A DNA stretch of 28,561 nucleotides. It comes from Okeania sp. (GTDB lineage: Bacteria; Cyanobacteriota; Cyanobacteriia; Cyanobacteriales; Microcoleaceae). Positions 8,758-17,441 of this stretch are shown here, in pieces (position 1 is the first letter of the stretch; each line of letters starts with the position of its first letter). A model generated the notes under the pieces. It saw only the letters and a program-made list of their open reading frames with translations. It was not told the origin of the DNA and did no database searches. The stretch is from assembly GCF_035285525.1 (NCBI RefSeq), contig NZ_JAYKGW010000033.1, forward strand, positions 1-28,561, in the 5' to 3' direction. The position numbers were made by a program, and so were the translations under genes.

Positions 8758-9792
8758 ATGGGAATAACACCTACACGAATCGCAATCGACGCTATGGGTG
8801 GGGACCATGCCCCATCAGAAATTGTTCAGGGAGCACTCAAAGCTCAAGAAGCTTATGGTGTTAAAGTATTGCTAGTTGGCAACCCTCAACAAATTAAAGC
8901 CTGTATAAATCACCAATCAAATCAACCTTTTCCAGAAATAGTTCCTGCCGAGGACATAGTAGAAATGGATGAAGAGCCTTTGACTGCCATTAGGCGCAAG
9001 TCCAAGGCATCAATTAACGTTGCTATGAACTTAGTCAAGGAAAAAGAAGCAGATGCTGTAGTTTCCGCAGGCCATTCAGGAGCTGCAATGGCCTCTGCTT
9101 TGCTGCGTTTGGGACGAATACCAGGAATTGACCGTCCAGCAATTGGGGCAGTTTTACCCACTATTGTTCCCAAGAAACCAGTCCTGATATTGGATGTGGG
9201 AGCTAATGTGGACTGTCGCCCCAAATATTTAGAGCAGTTTGCAGTTATGGGGTCAATTTATAGTGAGTATGTTTTGGGGATTTCTGAACCAAAAGTAGGA
9301 CTACTTAATATTGGGGAAGAACCATCAAAAGGAAATGATTTGGCACTAAAAACTCATCAAATATTGGCAGAAAATAATCAAATTAAATTTATTGGTAATG
9401 CAGAAGGTCGTGATGTTTTATCTGGTGAATTTGATGTGATAGTTTGTGATGGTTTTGCAGGTAATGTTTTATTAAAGTTTGCAGAAGCAGTGGGTGATTC
9501 TGTACTCCAAATGATGAAGGAAGAATTGACTCCTGGTCTAATTGGAAAGATTGGCACTGCTATATTGCGCCCTAATTTAAAAAGGATGAAACAAAGAATA
9601 GATAATGTGGAGCATGGAGGAGGATTATTGTTAGGAGTAGAAGGGATTTGTATTATTAGTCATGGTTCCTCTAAAGCACGAACTATATCTAATGCAATTC
9701 GTTCAGCTAAAGAAGCTGTTAAAAATAGAGTGCTGGAACGAATCAATTCTAAGTATATACCTGAAGAGAAAAAGTCAGTAGTTGTTAATTAG
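8758..9792 (+). CDS. plsX: Phosphate:acyl-ACP acyltransferase PlsX
   Basis: The N-terminal IAIDAMGGDHAP, the SAGHSGA block, GFAGNVLLK and the ~340-aa length are typical of PlsX. It lies upstream of fabH as in many bacteria. Confidence 0.92.
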   Translation: MGITPTRIAIDAMGGDHAPSEIVQGALKAQEAYGVKVLLVGNPQQIKACINHQSNQPFPEIVPAEDIVEMDEEPLTAIRRKSKASINVAMNLVKEKEADAVVSAGHSGAAMASALLRLGRIPGIDRPAIGAVLPTIVPKKPVLILDVGANVDCRPKYLEQFAVMGSIYSEYVLGISEPKVGLLNIGEEPSKGNDLALKTHQILAENNQIKFIGNAEGRDVLSGEFDVIVCDGFAGNVLLKFAEAVGDSVLQMMKEELTPGLIGKIGTAILRPNLKRMKQRIDNVEHGGGLLLGVEGICIISHGSSKARTISNAIRSAKEAVKNRVLERINSKYIPEEKKSVVVN

Positions 9793-9925
9793 ATAAATTA
9801 ATAATTAATAATTAATTCTCCTGAAAAGGTAAAACGAGAGGATTTACTAAAAGGAAAAAGTTTATTTTTTTCCTTAAAAGGTTTAACCTGAATTATTTAA
9901 TTATTAGTTATTCGGTAAATAATTG
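9789..9925. mobile_element. MITE-like element, family C, abutting the plsX stop codon
   Basis: TTAGATAAATTAATAATTAATAATTAATT...CCTGAATTATTTAATTATTAGTTATTCGGTAAA parallels 4106-4222. Boundaries are approximate. Confidence 0.45.
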
Positions 9926-10098
9926 ATGATTTATGCGCGATAATTAATTTTACTTATGATCAACAGAAAGAATTAGTTTTTAAGGAGAAGAAAAATTTAT
10001 AAAAAAAAGCGAAGGGCTAAAATTAGTAAATTTTACTTTTAGGGATTTGTTTGCCTAGGATAACCAAGGAAAATCTGAAAGCTGACTTCTACTTCTAG

Positions 10099-10254
10099 TA
10101 TAGCAATCCTCTAATATATTTGTGTATAAAAATCTCACTGCTTTTCAGTATGGAGACAATGGGCAATGAGCAATGGCTAAAACTTACGCTTCCCGAAAAA
10201 TCGGAGTTTATTTCTAGTTTTTGATTTGTCAGAACATAAGCATGGATTGCTATA
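10099..10254. mobile_element. MITE-like element, family A
   Basis: The termini are TATAGCAATCC ... GGATTGCTATA. The internal ATTTGTGTATAAAAATCTCACTGCTTTT and TTTCTAGTTTTTGATTTG match the other family A copies. Confidence 0.7.
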
Positions 10255-10447
10255 GCTGAACTCTATAATAACTTTTTTTAGCAAAATTTTGAATTTTCAT
10301 TATTCAATATTTCTGTAAACTCATAGCTTGAAAAAGATGAGAATTGAGAATTGAACTGTTTCAATTTAATTCAGTATAACCTCAGAATAAGGTTAATGAA
10401 AATTAGAAAGTAATATGAAAAAAACAATAATAATTAAAAACTAACAG

Positions 10448-11443
10448 ATGACAAATATAGGTGTTTCTATCACAGGAAGTGGTTCTGCTATACCAAAACT
10501 ATCTCTAGATAATCAACAATTATCCCAAATAGTAGAAACTTCTGACGAATGGATAAGCTCTCGGACTGGCATTACTAAACGACAACTAGCAGATACCACA
10601 GAATCATTATGTAGTCTAGCAACTCAAGCCTCTCTAGCAGCTCTTGACCAAGCAAATATTACTCCTAAAGATATTGACCTGATTATTTTGGCTACATCTA
10701 CTCCAGATGATTTATTTGGTACTGCTAGTCAAGTACAATGGGAGTTGGGTGCCGAGAAAGCAGTAGCCTTTGATATGACCGCAGCTTGTTCTGGTTTTGT
10801 ATTTGGTTTAGTTACAGCAGCACAGTTTATCCGTAGTGGAGTTTATCAGAATGTCTTATTAATTGGAGCAGATATTCTTTCTCGTTGGGTAGACTGGGAA
10901 GACCGAAGAACTTGTGTTTTATTTGGAGATGGCGCAGGTGCAGTGGTTTTACAAGCTTCAGAAAGCGATCGCCTCCTGGGTTTTGAACTTCGCAGTAATG
11001 GTAGTCAAAATGACTGTTTAAATCTTCCTTTCCAACCCCAAGAAAAGAAAATAATTGAGGGAGTAACTGTTAGTCAAGGTACTTATCAACCAATAATAAT
11101 GAATGGTAAAGAAGTCTATCGTTTTGCGGTACAAAAAGTACCAGAAGTCATAGAAAAAGCTTTATTTAAAGCTAATATTAGTGTGGATAAAATTGACTGG
11201 TTATTATTACATCAAGCCAACCAAAGAATCTTAGATGCTGTTGCTAGTAGATTGAATATTCCCTCAGAGAAAGTTATTAGTAATCTCCAAAATTATGGCA
11301 ATACTTCTGCTGCTTCTATACCTCTAGCTTTAGACGAAGCTGTTAGGAAAAATCAAGTTAAATCAGGAGATATTATAGCTGCTTCTGGTTTTGGAGCAGG
11401 ATTAACTTGGGGAGCAGTAATTTTTGAATGGAATGGTATTTAA
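10448..11443 (+). CDS. fabH: 3-oxoacyl-ACP synthase III (KAS III)
   Basis: The Cys-His-Asn catalytic triad contexts are present: AACSGF, LLHQANQRI and NYGNTSAASIP. The C-terminal GFGAGLTWGA is also present. Confidence 0.93.
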   Translation: MTNIGVSITGSGSAIPKLSLDNQQLSQIVETSDEWISSRTGITKRQLADTTESLCSLATQASLAALDQANITPKDIDLIILATSTPDDLFGTASQVQWELGAEKAVAFDMTAACSGFVFGLVTAAQFIRSGVYQNVLLIGADILSRWVDWEDRRTCVLFGDGAGAVVLQASESDRLLGFELRSNGSQNDCLNLPFQPQEKKIIEGVTVSQGTYQPIIMNGKEVYRFAVQKVPEVIEKALFKANISVDKIDWLLLHQANQRILDAVASRLNIPSEKVISNLQNYGNTSAASIPLALDEAVRKNQVKSGDIIAASGFGAGLTWGAVIFEWNGI

Positions 11444-11477
11444 TTAAGTCAAAAGTTAAAAATAAAATCTTTTTAGT

Positions 11478-11685
11478 AGTAAGAATTTCCTGCCGAATGA
11501 TCCGCAAACAGCCGTCAGCTATAAGCTACCAGCTACTACTTTTAGTTTTTGATAAAAGCTTGATTATTCAAAATTAAATCTGAGTAAAAAATTCAGTTTT
11601 CAAGTCTATAATTCATTCAAACCTCCTATCTATTTAAGATTAAAATTTTATAGCTAAAAGCTGACGGCTAAAAGCTGAATGCTTA
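11478..11685. mobile_element. Probable degenerate family D MITE in the fabH-plsC spacer
   Basis: The right terminus AGCTGACGGCTAAAAGCTGAATGCTTAA is clear. The left side (GTAAGAATTTCC...CAGCCGTCAGCTATAAGC) is degenerate. Confidence 0.4.
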
Positions 11686-12007
11686 ATTTTAGTACAAGTA
11701 TCTGGCCTGGGATAATAAAGGTTAAATAGTTGATAAAATCCTTTGTCAACTTCTAATACTTTTTTCTGAGTAAGATTTTTCCAAAAATTTAGATTTGTGG
11801 AACTTTTGAAATAAGGTACTTACTGGTTTAATTAAACGTACCTGTTCAAATATTGAATTGGTAAATATCAATAGTTGAGAGCAGATTCCAGTTTGACACT
11901 AAAAATAAGGTAAGCATTCAGCTAAAAAGAGGGAAAAACTATAGAGATAACTTTCAGTATTCAGCTATTAGCAGTTATAAGTTTGGAAAGTGGTATAATT
12001 TCTCTTG

Positions 12008-12045
12008 CTCCCCTACTCCCCTACTCCCCTACTCCCCTACTCCCT
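12008..12045. repeat. Octamer tandem repeat (CCCCTACT) x ~4.5 immediately upstream of the plsC start
   Basis: CTCCCCTACTCCCCTACTCCCCTACTCCCCTACTCCC ends 9 nt before GTG 12054. TATAAT at 12045-12050 lies between them. Confidence 0.9.
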
Positions 12046-12053
12046 ATAATACC

Positions 12054-12689
12054 GTGACTAGAAATCGTGAACCAGTTAAGAATTTAGTTCTTTATCGCTT
12101 ATTAAAATGGTCAGTAATAGCTCCCATACTGCGTTTTTATTTCCACAGTAATACTTACGGCATCGAAAATGTTCCACAACAAGGACCTCTAGTCATAGTT
12201 AGTAACCATGCTAGTGATTTAGATCCTCCAATTTTATCTGTTTCTGTCAGAAGACCCGTTGCTTATATGGCAAAACAGCAATTATTTGAAGTGCCAATTT
12301 TGAAAGAAATAATTACTTTATATGGTGCTTATCCTGTAAACAGGGGTTCAGCAGACAGAAGCGCTATTCGTTCAGCTATGAATAGTTTAGCAGAAGGATG
12401 GGCAGCAGGTATTTTTTTACAGGGAACTCGTACTCCTGATGGTAAAATTACAGAACCAAAGTTAGGTGCTGCTTTAATTGCGGCCAAAGCAAAAGTACCA
12501 TTATTACCAGTGTGTATTTGGGGTACTCATCTAGTCAAGCGTCAAGGTTTGATAGCTAATTCTGTACCAATAACTGTCAGAATAGGAGAAATTTTACCTC
12601 CTCCTAAATCAACTAAAAAAGAAGAGTTACAAGAAGTTAGTCATAAATGTGCAGATATAATTAATAAAATGCACGATTTAGGAGCTTAA
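12054..12689 (+). CDS. plsC: 1-acyl-sn-glycerol-3-phosphate acyltransferase (GTG start)
   Basis: The H(X)4D acyltransferase motif VSNHASDLDP is present, along with the FLQGTRT block. Its position after plsX-fabH fits. Confidence 0.85.
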   Translation: MTRNREPVKNLVLYRLLKWSVIAPILRFYFHSNTYGIENVPQQGPLVIVSNHASDLDPPILSVSVRRPVAYMAKQQLFEVPILKEIITLYGAYPVNRGSADRSAIRSAMNSLAEGWAAGIFLQGTRTPDGKITEPKLGAALIAAKAKVPLLPVCIWGTHLVKRQGLIANSVPITVRIGEILPPPKSTKKEELQEVSHKCADIINKMHDLGA

Positions 12690-12694
12690 CTAAC

Positions 12695-12836
12695 TATAGC
12701 AATTCTAATTTGATTCCTGTACAAAATTTCATTACTTTTAGGGAATAGGGAACACTTAACTAACTGGAAACAGATCAGAATTTCAGTTGTTTTATTTACT
12801 TTTTGATTTGTTGCAACCTAATTTAGGATTGCTATA
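12695..12836. mobile_element. MITE-like element, family A, 6 nt after the plsC stop
   Basis: The termini are TATAGCAATT ... GGATTGCTATA. The interior GGGAACACTTAACT...TTTATTTACTTTTTGATTTG matches the other copies. Confidence 0.7.
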
Positions 12837-12970
12837 TTAGCTATTAGCATTCAGCATTCAGATTTTTGAATTTTGGTTAATCCCCAGTTTCTTTCAACCT
12901 GATGGTATAGAGGTTAAAATACTCATTAGGAAACTATAAAAAATATTATCCTACTAATGGCTGAGTGCTA

Positions 12971-13011
12971 ACTGATAACTGATAACTGATAACTGATAAC
13001 TGAAATAACTG
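12971..13011. repeat. STRR-like heptamer array (CTGATAA) x ~5.7
   Basis: The run reads ACTGATAACTGATAACTGATAACTGATAACTGAAATAACTG. Shorter runs of the same heptamer occur at 2530-2550, 2641-2660, 17041-17065 and 17266-17290. Confidence 0.9.
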
Positions 13012-13041
13012 CTTTATTTAATAAATTTAATTAAAAAGAAA

Positions 13042-13350
13042 ATGCAACATACTAGAGAACAATTAACTGAAAATTTGGATGTAGCCGAATGGAATTGGTT
13101 AGTACCCCATGTGAAACGTGATTCTGTTGTAATTATAGACCAAAAATTGGATTTGTTAGATGTAGGAGTAGCGATCGCTTCTGATCACAAATCTTCTGTA
13201 CAAGATTGGATTAGTCAAAAACTTATTTATAAACCTTCAGCAGAACAATTATCAATTTGGAATAATAACGATACTAAAAAGTTTAATGCTTTAATAGTAC
13301 AACCTTTTGTTTTAGTTCAAGAATCTTTAGAACCTGAAGCAGAAAATTAG
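13042..13350 (+). CDS. Small conserved hypothetical protein (DUF2288-like from memory)
   Basis: This is a clean 102-aa ORF with composition unlike the flanking repeats. The ...VQPFVLVQE C-terminus and W-rich pattern recall DUF2288. Not verified. Confidence 0.5.
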   Translation: MQHTREQLTENLDVAEWNWLVPHVKRDSVVIIDQKLDLLDVGVAIASDHKSSVQDWISQKLIYKPSAEQLSIWNNNDTKKFNALIVQPFVLVQESLEPEAEN

Positions 13351-13441
13351 AATTATTGCAAAGATTAGGAATAATAAATAGGCAAAATACTTTCGAGAAA
13401 AAGGTAAGAAAAAATCTTTAAGTTTTACTTTTTCCAGAAGT

Positions 13442-14023
13442 CTATTGATGGCAAAAATTTGCCCCTGTATAACCAGTAGTTAACCAAATAATTCCTCTTA
13501 TTCCATCTCGAATTGCCTTTTCAATAGGTTCCGGCGATCGCCCAGAAGGAACTGGTAGGGGTTGAAAATTAATTCCCCTACTACCCAAAATAATTTGGCC
13601 AATAACTCTAGCGCGACGCATGTGGTCATCGGAGGTAACTAAATAAACACTGGTAATACCTTGAGATTTTAATTTATCAACTGTTGTAGTAAAATTAGTA
13701 ACAGTATCTACAGCATCATAATCTAAATGTAAACGAGTTTGGGAGATTCCCGCCTCAGAAAATAACCATTCTGCATATTCTGGGTTAGTACCAGAAGAGA
13801 CCCAAACATCCAGATGAGGATGTTGTTGAGCAAATTCTGCGGCAAATACTTCTCTTTCTATAGAGCCACCAAGTACCAATAAAGCTTGAGGAGGTTCAAT
13901 ACTACCTACAAATTGCTGGTAACCAATCCAAAAAGTTACCAAAAATCCTGCTAAAAAATAGGAAATTCGAGAAATTTTCAATTCCTTATATAATTTTTTA
14001 CTAAGAACTACTCTGAAAGTCAT
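13442..14023 (-). CDS. YdcF/ElyC-like DUF218 domain protein with an N-terminal membrane anchor
   Basis: ALLVLGGS..RE, the VWVSSG block, DTVTNF and LVTSDDHMRRA are characteristic of the DUF218 family. A hydrophobic helix spans residues ~20-37. Confidence 0.7.
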   Translation of the reverse strand: MTFRVVLSKKLYKELKISRISYFLAGFLVTFWIGYQQFVGSIEPPQALLVLGGSIEREVFAAEFAQQHPHLDVWVSSGTNPEYAEWLFSEAGISQTRLHLDYDAVDTVTNFTTTVDKLKSQGITSVYLVTSDDHMRRARVIGQIILGSRGINFQPLPVPSGRSPEPIEKAIRDGIRGIIWLTTGYTGANFCHQ

Positions 14024-14276
14024 AATATCTAAAATAATAAAAAACCATCTGTAAAACTACAGATGGAGAAGTTGTCTATTATGAATATTCAGAAAGTATT
14101 ATGTACCATCCGGAGTAGCTAATATGTCGGGTAAATAATTCTATAATTTGGGAAGCCTTTGACAGTAAACCTTTTAGCATTTTAAGAATTAGAATCACAA
14201 GGATAAAATCTTTTCCCTATAAGTAAAGTATGTCACACAAGATATATATTAAGCTTCTATGATCGTTAAACATAAG

Positions 14277-14592
14277 TAGGGTTTGCTGAATTATTGATGA
14301 AAGCGTTTACAAATGAAGGTTATAGCTTTTTTAGGTAGGTCAAAAGTACCAGCTTTTAAGTCTTGAAAACTAAAAAGTCTAGGATTTTCTGCCATAATTA
14401 GCCGATTTGGTGGGAACCGTAAATCAAGGGATAATTCTTTCTCGTACCTTTTCTGTAATTCTTATTCCTTCAGGATTCACCGATTTTCGATTCTGGCTTC
14501 TCCCTGCTACTAAAAGACTTTTTCAACCAGCCCTAAGTAAGGTTTGCTGATTAAATCTCAAAGCGTTTACAAATGAAGGTTATAGCTTTTTT
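14277..14592. mobile_element. Family B MITE-like element (termini TAGGGTTTGCTGA / TTCAACCAGCCCTA) followed by the start of a second copy
   Basis: TA(G/A)GGTTTGCTGA..AAAGCGTTTACAAATGAAGGTTATAGCTTTTTT occurs at 14277 and 14538. The inverted end CTTTTTCAACCAGCCCTAAG is at 14516-14537. Confidence 0.6.
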
Positions 14593-14772
14593 TTATGTTG
14601 AAAAAAGTTGCAGGTTTTTAGCTGTTGTAGTCTCAAAATGGTAAAGTTTCGACCCTAACTATCAGAAAATTTGGCCGTAACATATAGTATAAACTGTTCC
14701 CTGTTGCCATTTCCCTATTCTCTTCCTATAATAAATAATATAATTGTTACATATTAATAACATATACTACTG

Positions 14773-15621
14773 ATGGTTAAAGCCTTATCTCTAGATTTAC
14801 CTTTTCAGCTAATTCAAAGTATACGTTTAGCTCATGCAATAATGGAGACAAATTATGAAGTTTACTTAGAACCTAAAGACGAAGAAAAATTTCTATGGCC
14901 AAAGGAAAAATTTGGTGTTAGATATAAAGTCAACAACGAGCTACCCCCAAAACTGTCTGGAATTGTAATTGTACATTCAAAGCCTCAAACATCTATTGGC
15001 TTTATAGAACGTCCGTTAATTTTTCCTCACTCAATTTTCGCTTACTCTAAATCACTTTGGTGTCAGCCTAGAAATATAAAATTCTCATTTGCTGGACTCA
15101 TAACTGAGAGTCGAAAAGATTTCTTTCAAAGAGTTATAAAACTTCAATATCCCCAATCCCAAATTAACTGGAAAAGATTTGGCAAGCCTAATTTATTTTC
15201 AAGAATTAAATCAAAACTTGAGCATAAGTTAGGTATTCAGGATCGACTAAAGCCAATTAAGTTTAGATATAAAGATATACTATTTTGGTCTTCAAAACGT
15301 GGTAGAAATTTCCCTATTAAAGCATGGGATGACGAATATTTTAGGCTATTAGCAAATTCACAGTTTGTACTTTGTCCCTCTGGAGATTACACCTGGTCTT
15401 ATCGTTTCTTTGAAGCTGCTATGTGTGGAGCAATTCCTATTGTTGAAGAATATTGCTCAGTTTATGATGGATTTCGGTTTAAAACAACTGAGGAAATGAA
15501 AAATAATCTGAATTGGTCTATAGAAGATGCTGAACATAATTATAATACTTGTCTTCAGCGTTTGACTATACCATTAGAATCATTACAAGAAGAAATTGGG
15601 AGATTATTATTGGAACAGTAG
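14773..15621 (+). CDS. Exostosin (GT47)-like glycosyltransferase family protein
   Basis: The C-terminal LLANSQFVLCPSGDYTWSYRFFEAAMCGAIPIV matches the exostosin signature (FCLxPxGD..S.R.FEA...GCIPV). It is an isolated gene flanked by MITEs. Confidence 0.55.
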   Translation: MVKALSLDLPFQLIQSIRLAHAIMETNYEVYLEPKDEEKFLWPKEKFGVRYKVNNELPPKLSGIVIVHSKPQTSIGFIERPLIFPHSIFAYSKSLWCQPRNIKFSFAGLITESRKDFFQRVIKLQYPQSQINWKRFGKPNLFSRIKSKLEHKLGIQDRLKPIKFRYKDILFWSSKRGRNFPIKAWDDEYFRLLANSQFVLCPSGDYTWSYRFFEAAMCGAIPIVEEYCSVYDGFRFKTTEEMKNNLNWSIEDAEHNYNTCLQRLTIPLESLQEEIGRLLLEQ

Positions 15622-15785
15622 GTACTTCCGACAATTAAGATGTAATAACCTTTTGCCAGAGGTTTTAGGTAAATTATGAGAGATGTCTAATAGCCATCTT
15701 CAGAAATAAAAAATTAAATCAATTATCGTACAAAAATTATCAATTCTTTCTTCCTATAAAACTCCCCTAAATCCTAACTCTTAAC

Positions 15786-15967
15786 TAGGGCTTGCTGATT
15801 AAAGATAAATGCTTTTAGGTCTCTCAAGCACAGTCCCCGAACAATCAAAAGTCAGGATTTTACGGATACTAAGGGTAGAAAAATTAAGGAAAAATTATTC
15901 CTCTTAGGTCTCTATCTTCCCACACTTCCCACCCAGACCCCACTCTGATTTTTTCAGCAAACCCTAA
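15786..15967. mobile_element. Family B MITE-like element ending 4 nt from the 3' end of the tRNA gene
   Basis: The termini are TAGGGCTTGCTGA ... TCAGCAAACCCTAA. The interior AGGATTTTACGGATACTAAGGGTAGAAAAATTAAGGAAAAATTATTCCTC is also seen at 26393-26450. Confidence 0.65.
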
Positions 15968-15971
15968 TTAA

Positions 15972-16291
15972 CGGGACTGGCGCGATTCGAACGCGCGACC
16001 TAGCGCTTCAGATTTGTGTGAGTTTCCCCACTCTCCGGACTATCCCTTCACCATAGCTGTAATAGCTTTAGGTGGTGGCCTAACGCTTAGGGAGAATTGT
16101 AGTTACTCCTTAACACTCTAGTCTCTGCACCTTCTTTACCAAAAATTTAGGTAAAGCTTGGCTCAAGATTACCTTATCTGTATAAAAGACTTAGGCTTCC
16201 TTGAGTTTGACCACATTCACTCATGGAGTTTCCTCTCATAGTGCCCGATACTTCAGGAGGCGCTTGCTCTATCCATCTGAGCCACAGCCCC
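15972..16291 (-). tRNA. tRNA-Arg(CCU), interrupted in the anticodon loop by a group I intron
   Basis: The minus-strand exons are 16291-16255 (GGGGCTGTGGCTCAGATGGATAGAGCAAGCGCCTCCT) and 16008-15972 (AAGCGCTAGGTCGCGCGTTCGAATCGCGCCAGTCCCG). Joined, they give a 74-nt cloverleaf. The acceptor stem is GGGGCTG/CAGTCCC and the D arm is GCTC/GAGC with A20. The anticodon stem is AGCGC/GCGCT with loop CUCCUAA. The T arm is GCGCG-TTCGAAT-CGCGC. CCA is not encoded. Confidence 0.9.
16009..16254 (-). ncRNA. Group I intron (IC3-like, 246 nt) inserted after U36 of tRNA-Arg(CCU)
   Basis: The intron follows an exon U and ends in G. P1 can form as CCU|GA / UCGGG with a U-G wobble at the splice site. P2 is ATGAGAG-GAAA-CTCCAT. 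Several core strings match the Anabaena tRNA-Leu and Azoarcus tRNA-Ile introns as I remember them. They are GTCAAACTCAAGGAAGCCTAAG, GAGCCAAGC, GAAGGTGCAGAGACTAGAG (plus-strand 16116-16134) and GGGATAGTCC (16037-16046). P7 is GACTA/TAGTC and P9 is GAGT-GGGGAA-ACTC. Confidence 0.85.
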
Positions 16292-16615
16292 ATGTATAGC
16301 TAGAAGTCAGAAGTAATTTTTGACTAAGTTTGAATATTATAGCTATATTTTATTATCTTAACGTCTGGTTAGATTTTAAACAAGACTTTTTTAACAATTA
16401 TGAAAATTTACCCTTATTGTAATATTCTCTTTGATATTGAATCAGCTAGTCCTAATTAGGGTTTGCTGAAAAAGTATTTTTAAGGAGATAGGGTGATGGG
16501 GTGATGGGGAGTAATTTTGTTGTCCAACGATGTGCGGAAAATGGTAAGATGCGTGAGCATTCAGCAGCTCAAAACCAGGTACTTTTCACGAATTAAAAAG
16601 CCTAAAAGCATTAGT

Positions 16616-16720
16616 ATAGCAATGTACGCACTTATATATTTATAAATTGCCGGAGGTGTCCAATAGCTAAAAACCTTATATTATAGGCTATTCATTCTTC
16701 CTCCATACCTCCATACCTCT
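16616..16720. repeat. ~105-nt dispersed repeat, copy 1 (starts with a family-A-like TATAGCAATG end)
   Basis: TATAGCAATGTACGCACTTATATATTTATAAATTGCCGGAGGTGTCCAATAGCTAAAAACCTTATATTATAGGCTATTCATTCTTCCTCCATACC is nearly identical to 17139-17232. Confidence 0.8.
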
Positions 16721-17138
16721 CTTGGTTGATTGGATATGGTTAGGGAACCTATCCATCCCACCCTTCGGGAAGCTCCGCTTTTTCCTTTGGAATACTTCGC
16801 TTTCCATGTCGCGCAGCGTTTTCGTATAGGGAATGCTGCGCTTTCCATGTCGGCTCAAGCGCCGAAAACAACCGCTGTTGCCTGTTCCCTCAAGCGCTAT
16901 ATGTAAATACTTTTAGATTTATTTAGCTAATCTTAATTACCAAAAAAATGAGGTATAAAGCTTCCCCTTGTTCGGGGATGAAAAAATATTTAACTCAGTA
17001 TTTCCAGCCTTCGACTAAATTCGGAGGTTCACTCTCTACTTATAACTGATAACTTATAACTGAAATGACATATTTTGTTGAAGAAAAATAAGGTCTCAAG
17101 TGCGTCGGTAGCGGAAGCCAGAGGTATTGATAACTGAT

Positions 17139-17232
17139 ATAGCAATGTGCGGACTTAATATTTACAAATTGCAGGAGGTGTCCAATAGCTAAAAACATTA
17201 TATTATAGGCTATTCATTCTTCCTCCATACCT
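17139..17232. repeat. ~105-nt dispersed repeat, copy 2 (direct orientation, 523 nt from copy 1)
   Basis: The sequence is TATAGCAATGTGCGGACTTAATATTTACAAATTGCAGGAGGTGTCCAATAGCTAAAAACATTATATTATAGGCTATTCATTCTTCCTCCATACC. Confidence 0.8.
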
Positions 17233-17441
17233 GTTCCCTGTTGCCTGTTCCCTAAAAGCAGCGTTATAACTGATAACTTATAACTGAAATGACTCTCTGT
17301 TATCCGTTTCCTATTCCCTTTTCCCTCTCTCAACTAGCAAATTTATTTTCACGAAACTTACTAAAAAATATTAAATTCGAGAGTCATTGTTGAAATTTAT
17401 AGAAGTTTTTATCTGGAGAAATTTCTAGAATGAGGATAGGT

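Noticed and set aside
15786-16475. An integrative element or prophage at the tRNA gene
   Set aside because: No integrase, no direct repeat of the tRNA 3' end and no phage-like genes lie nearby. The flanking sequences are small non-autonomous repeats.
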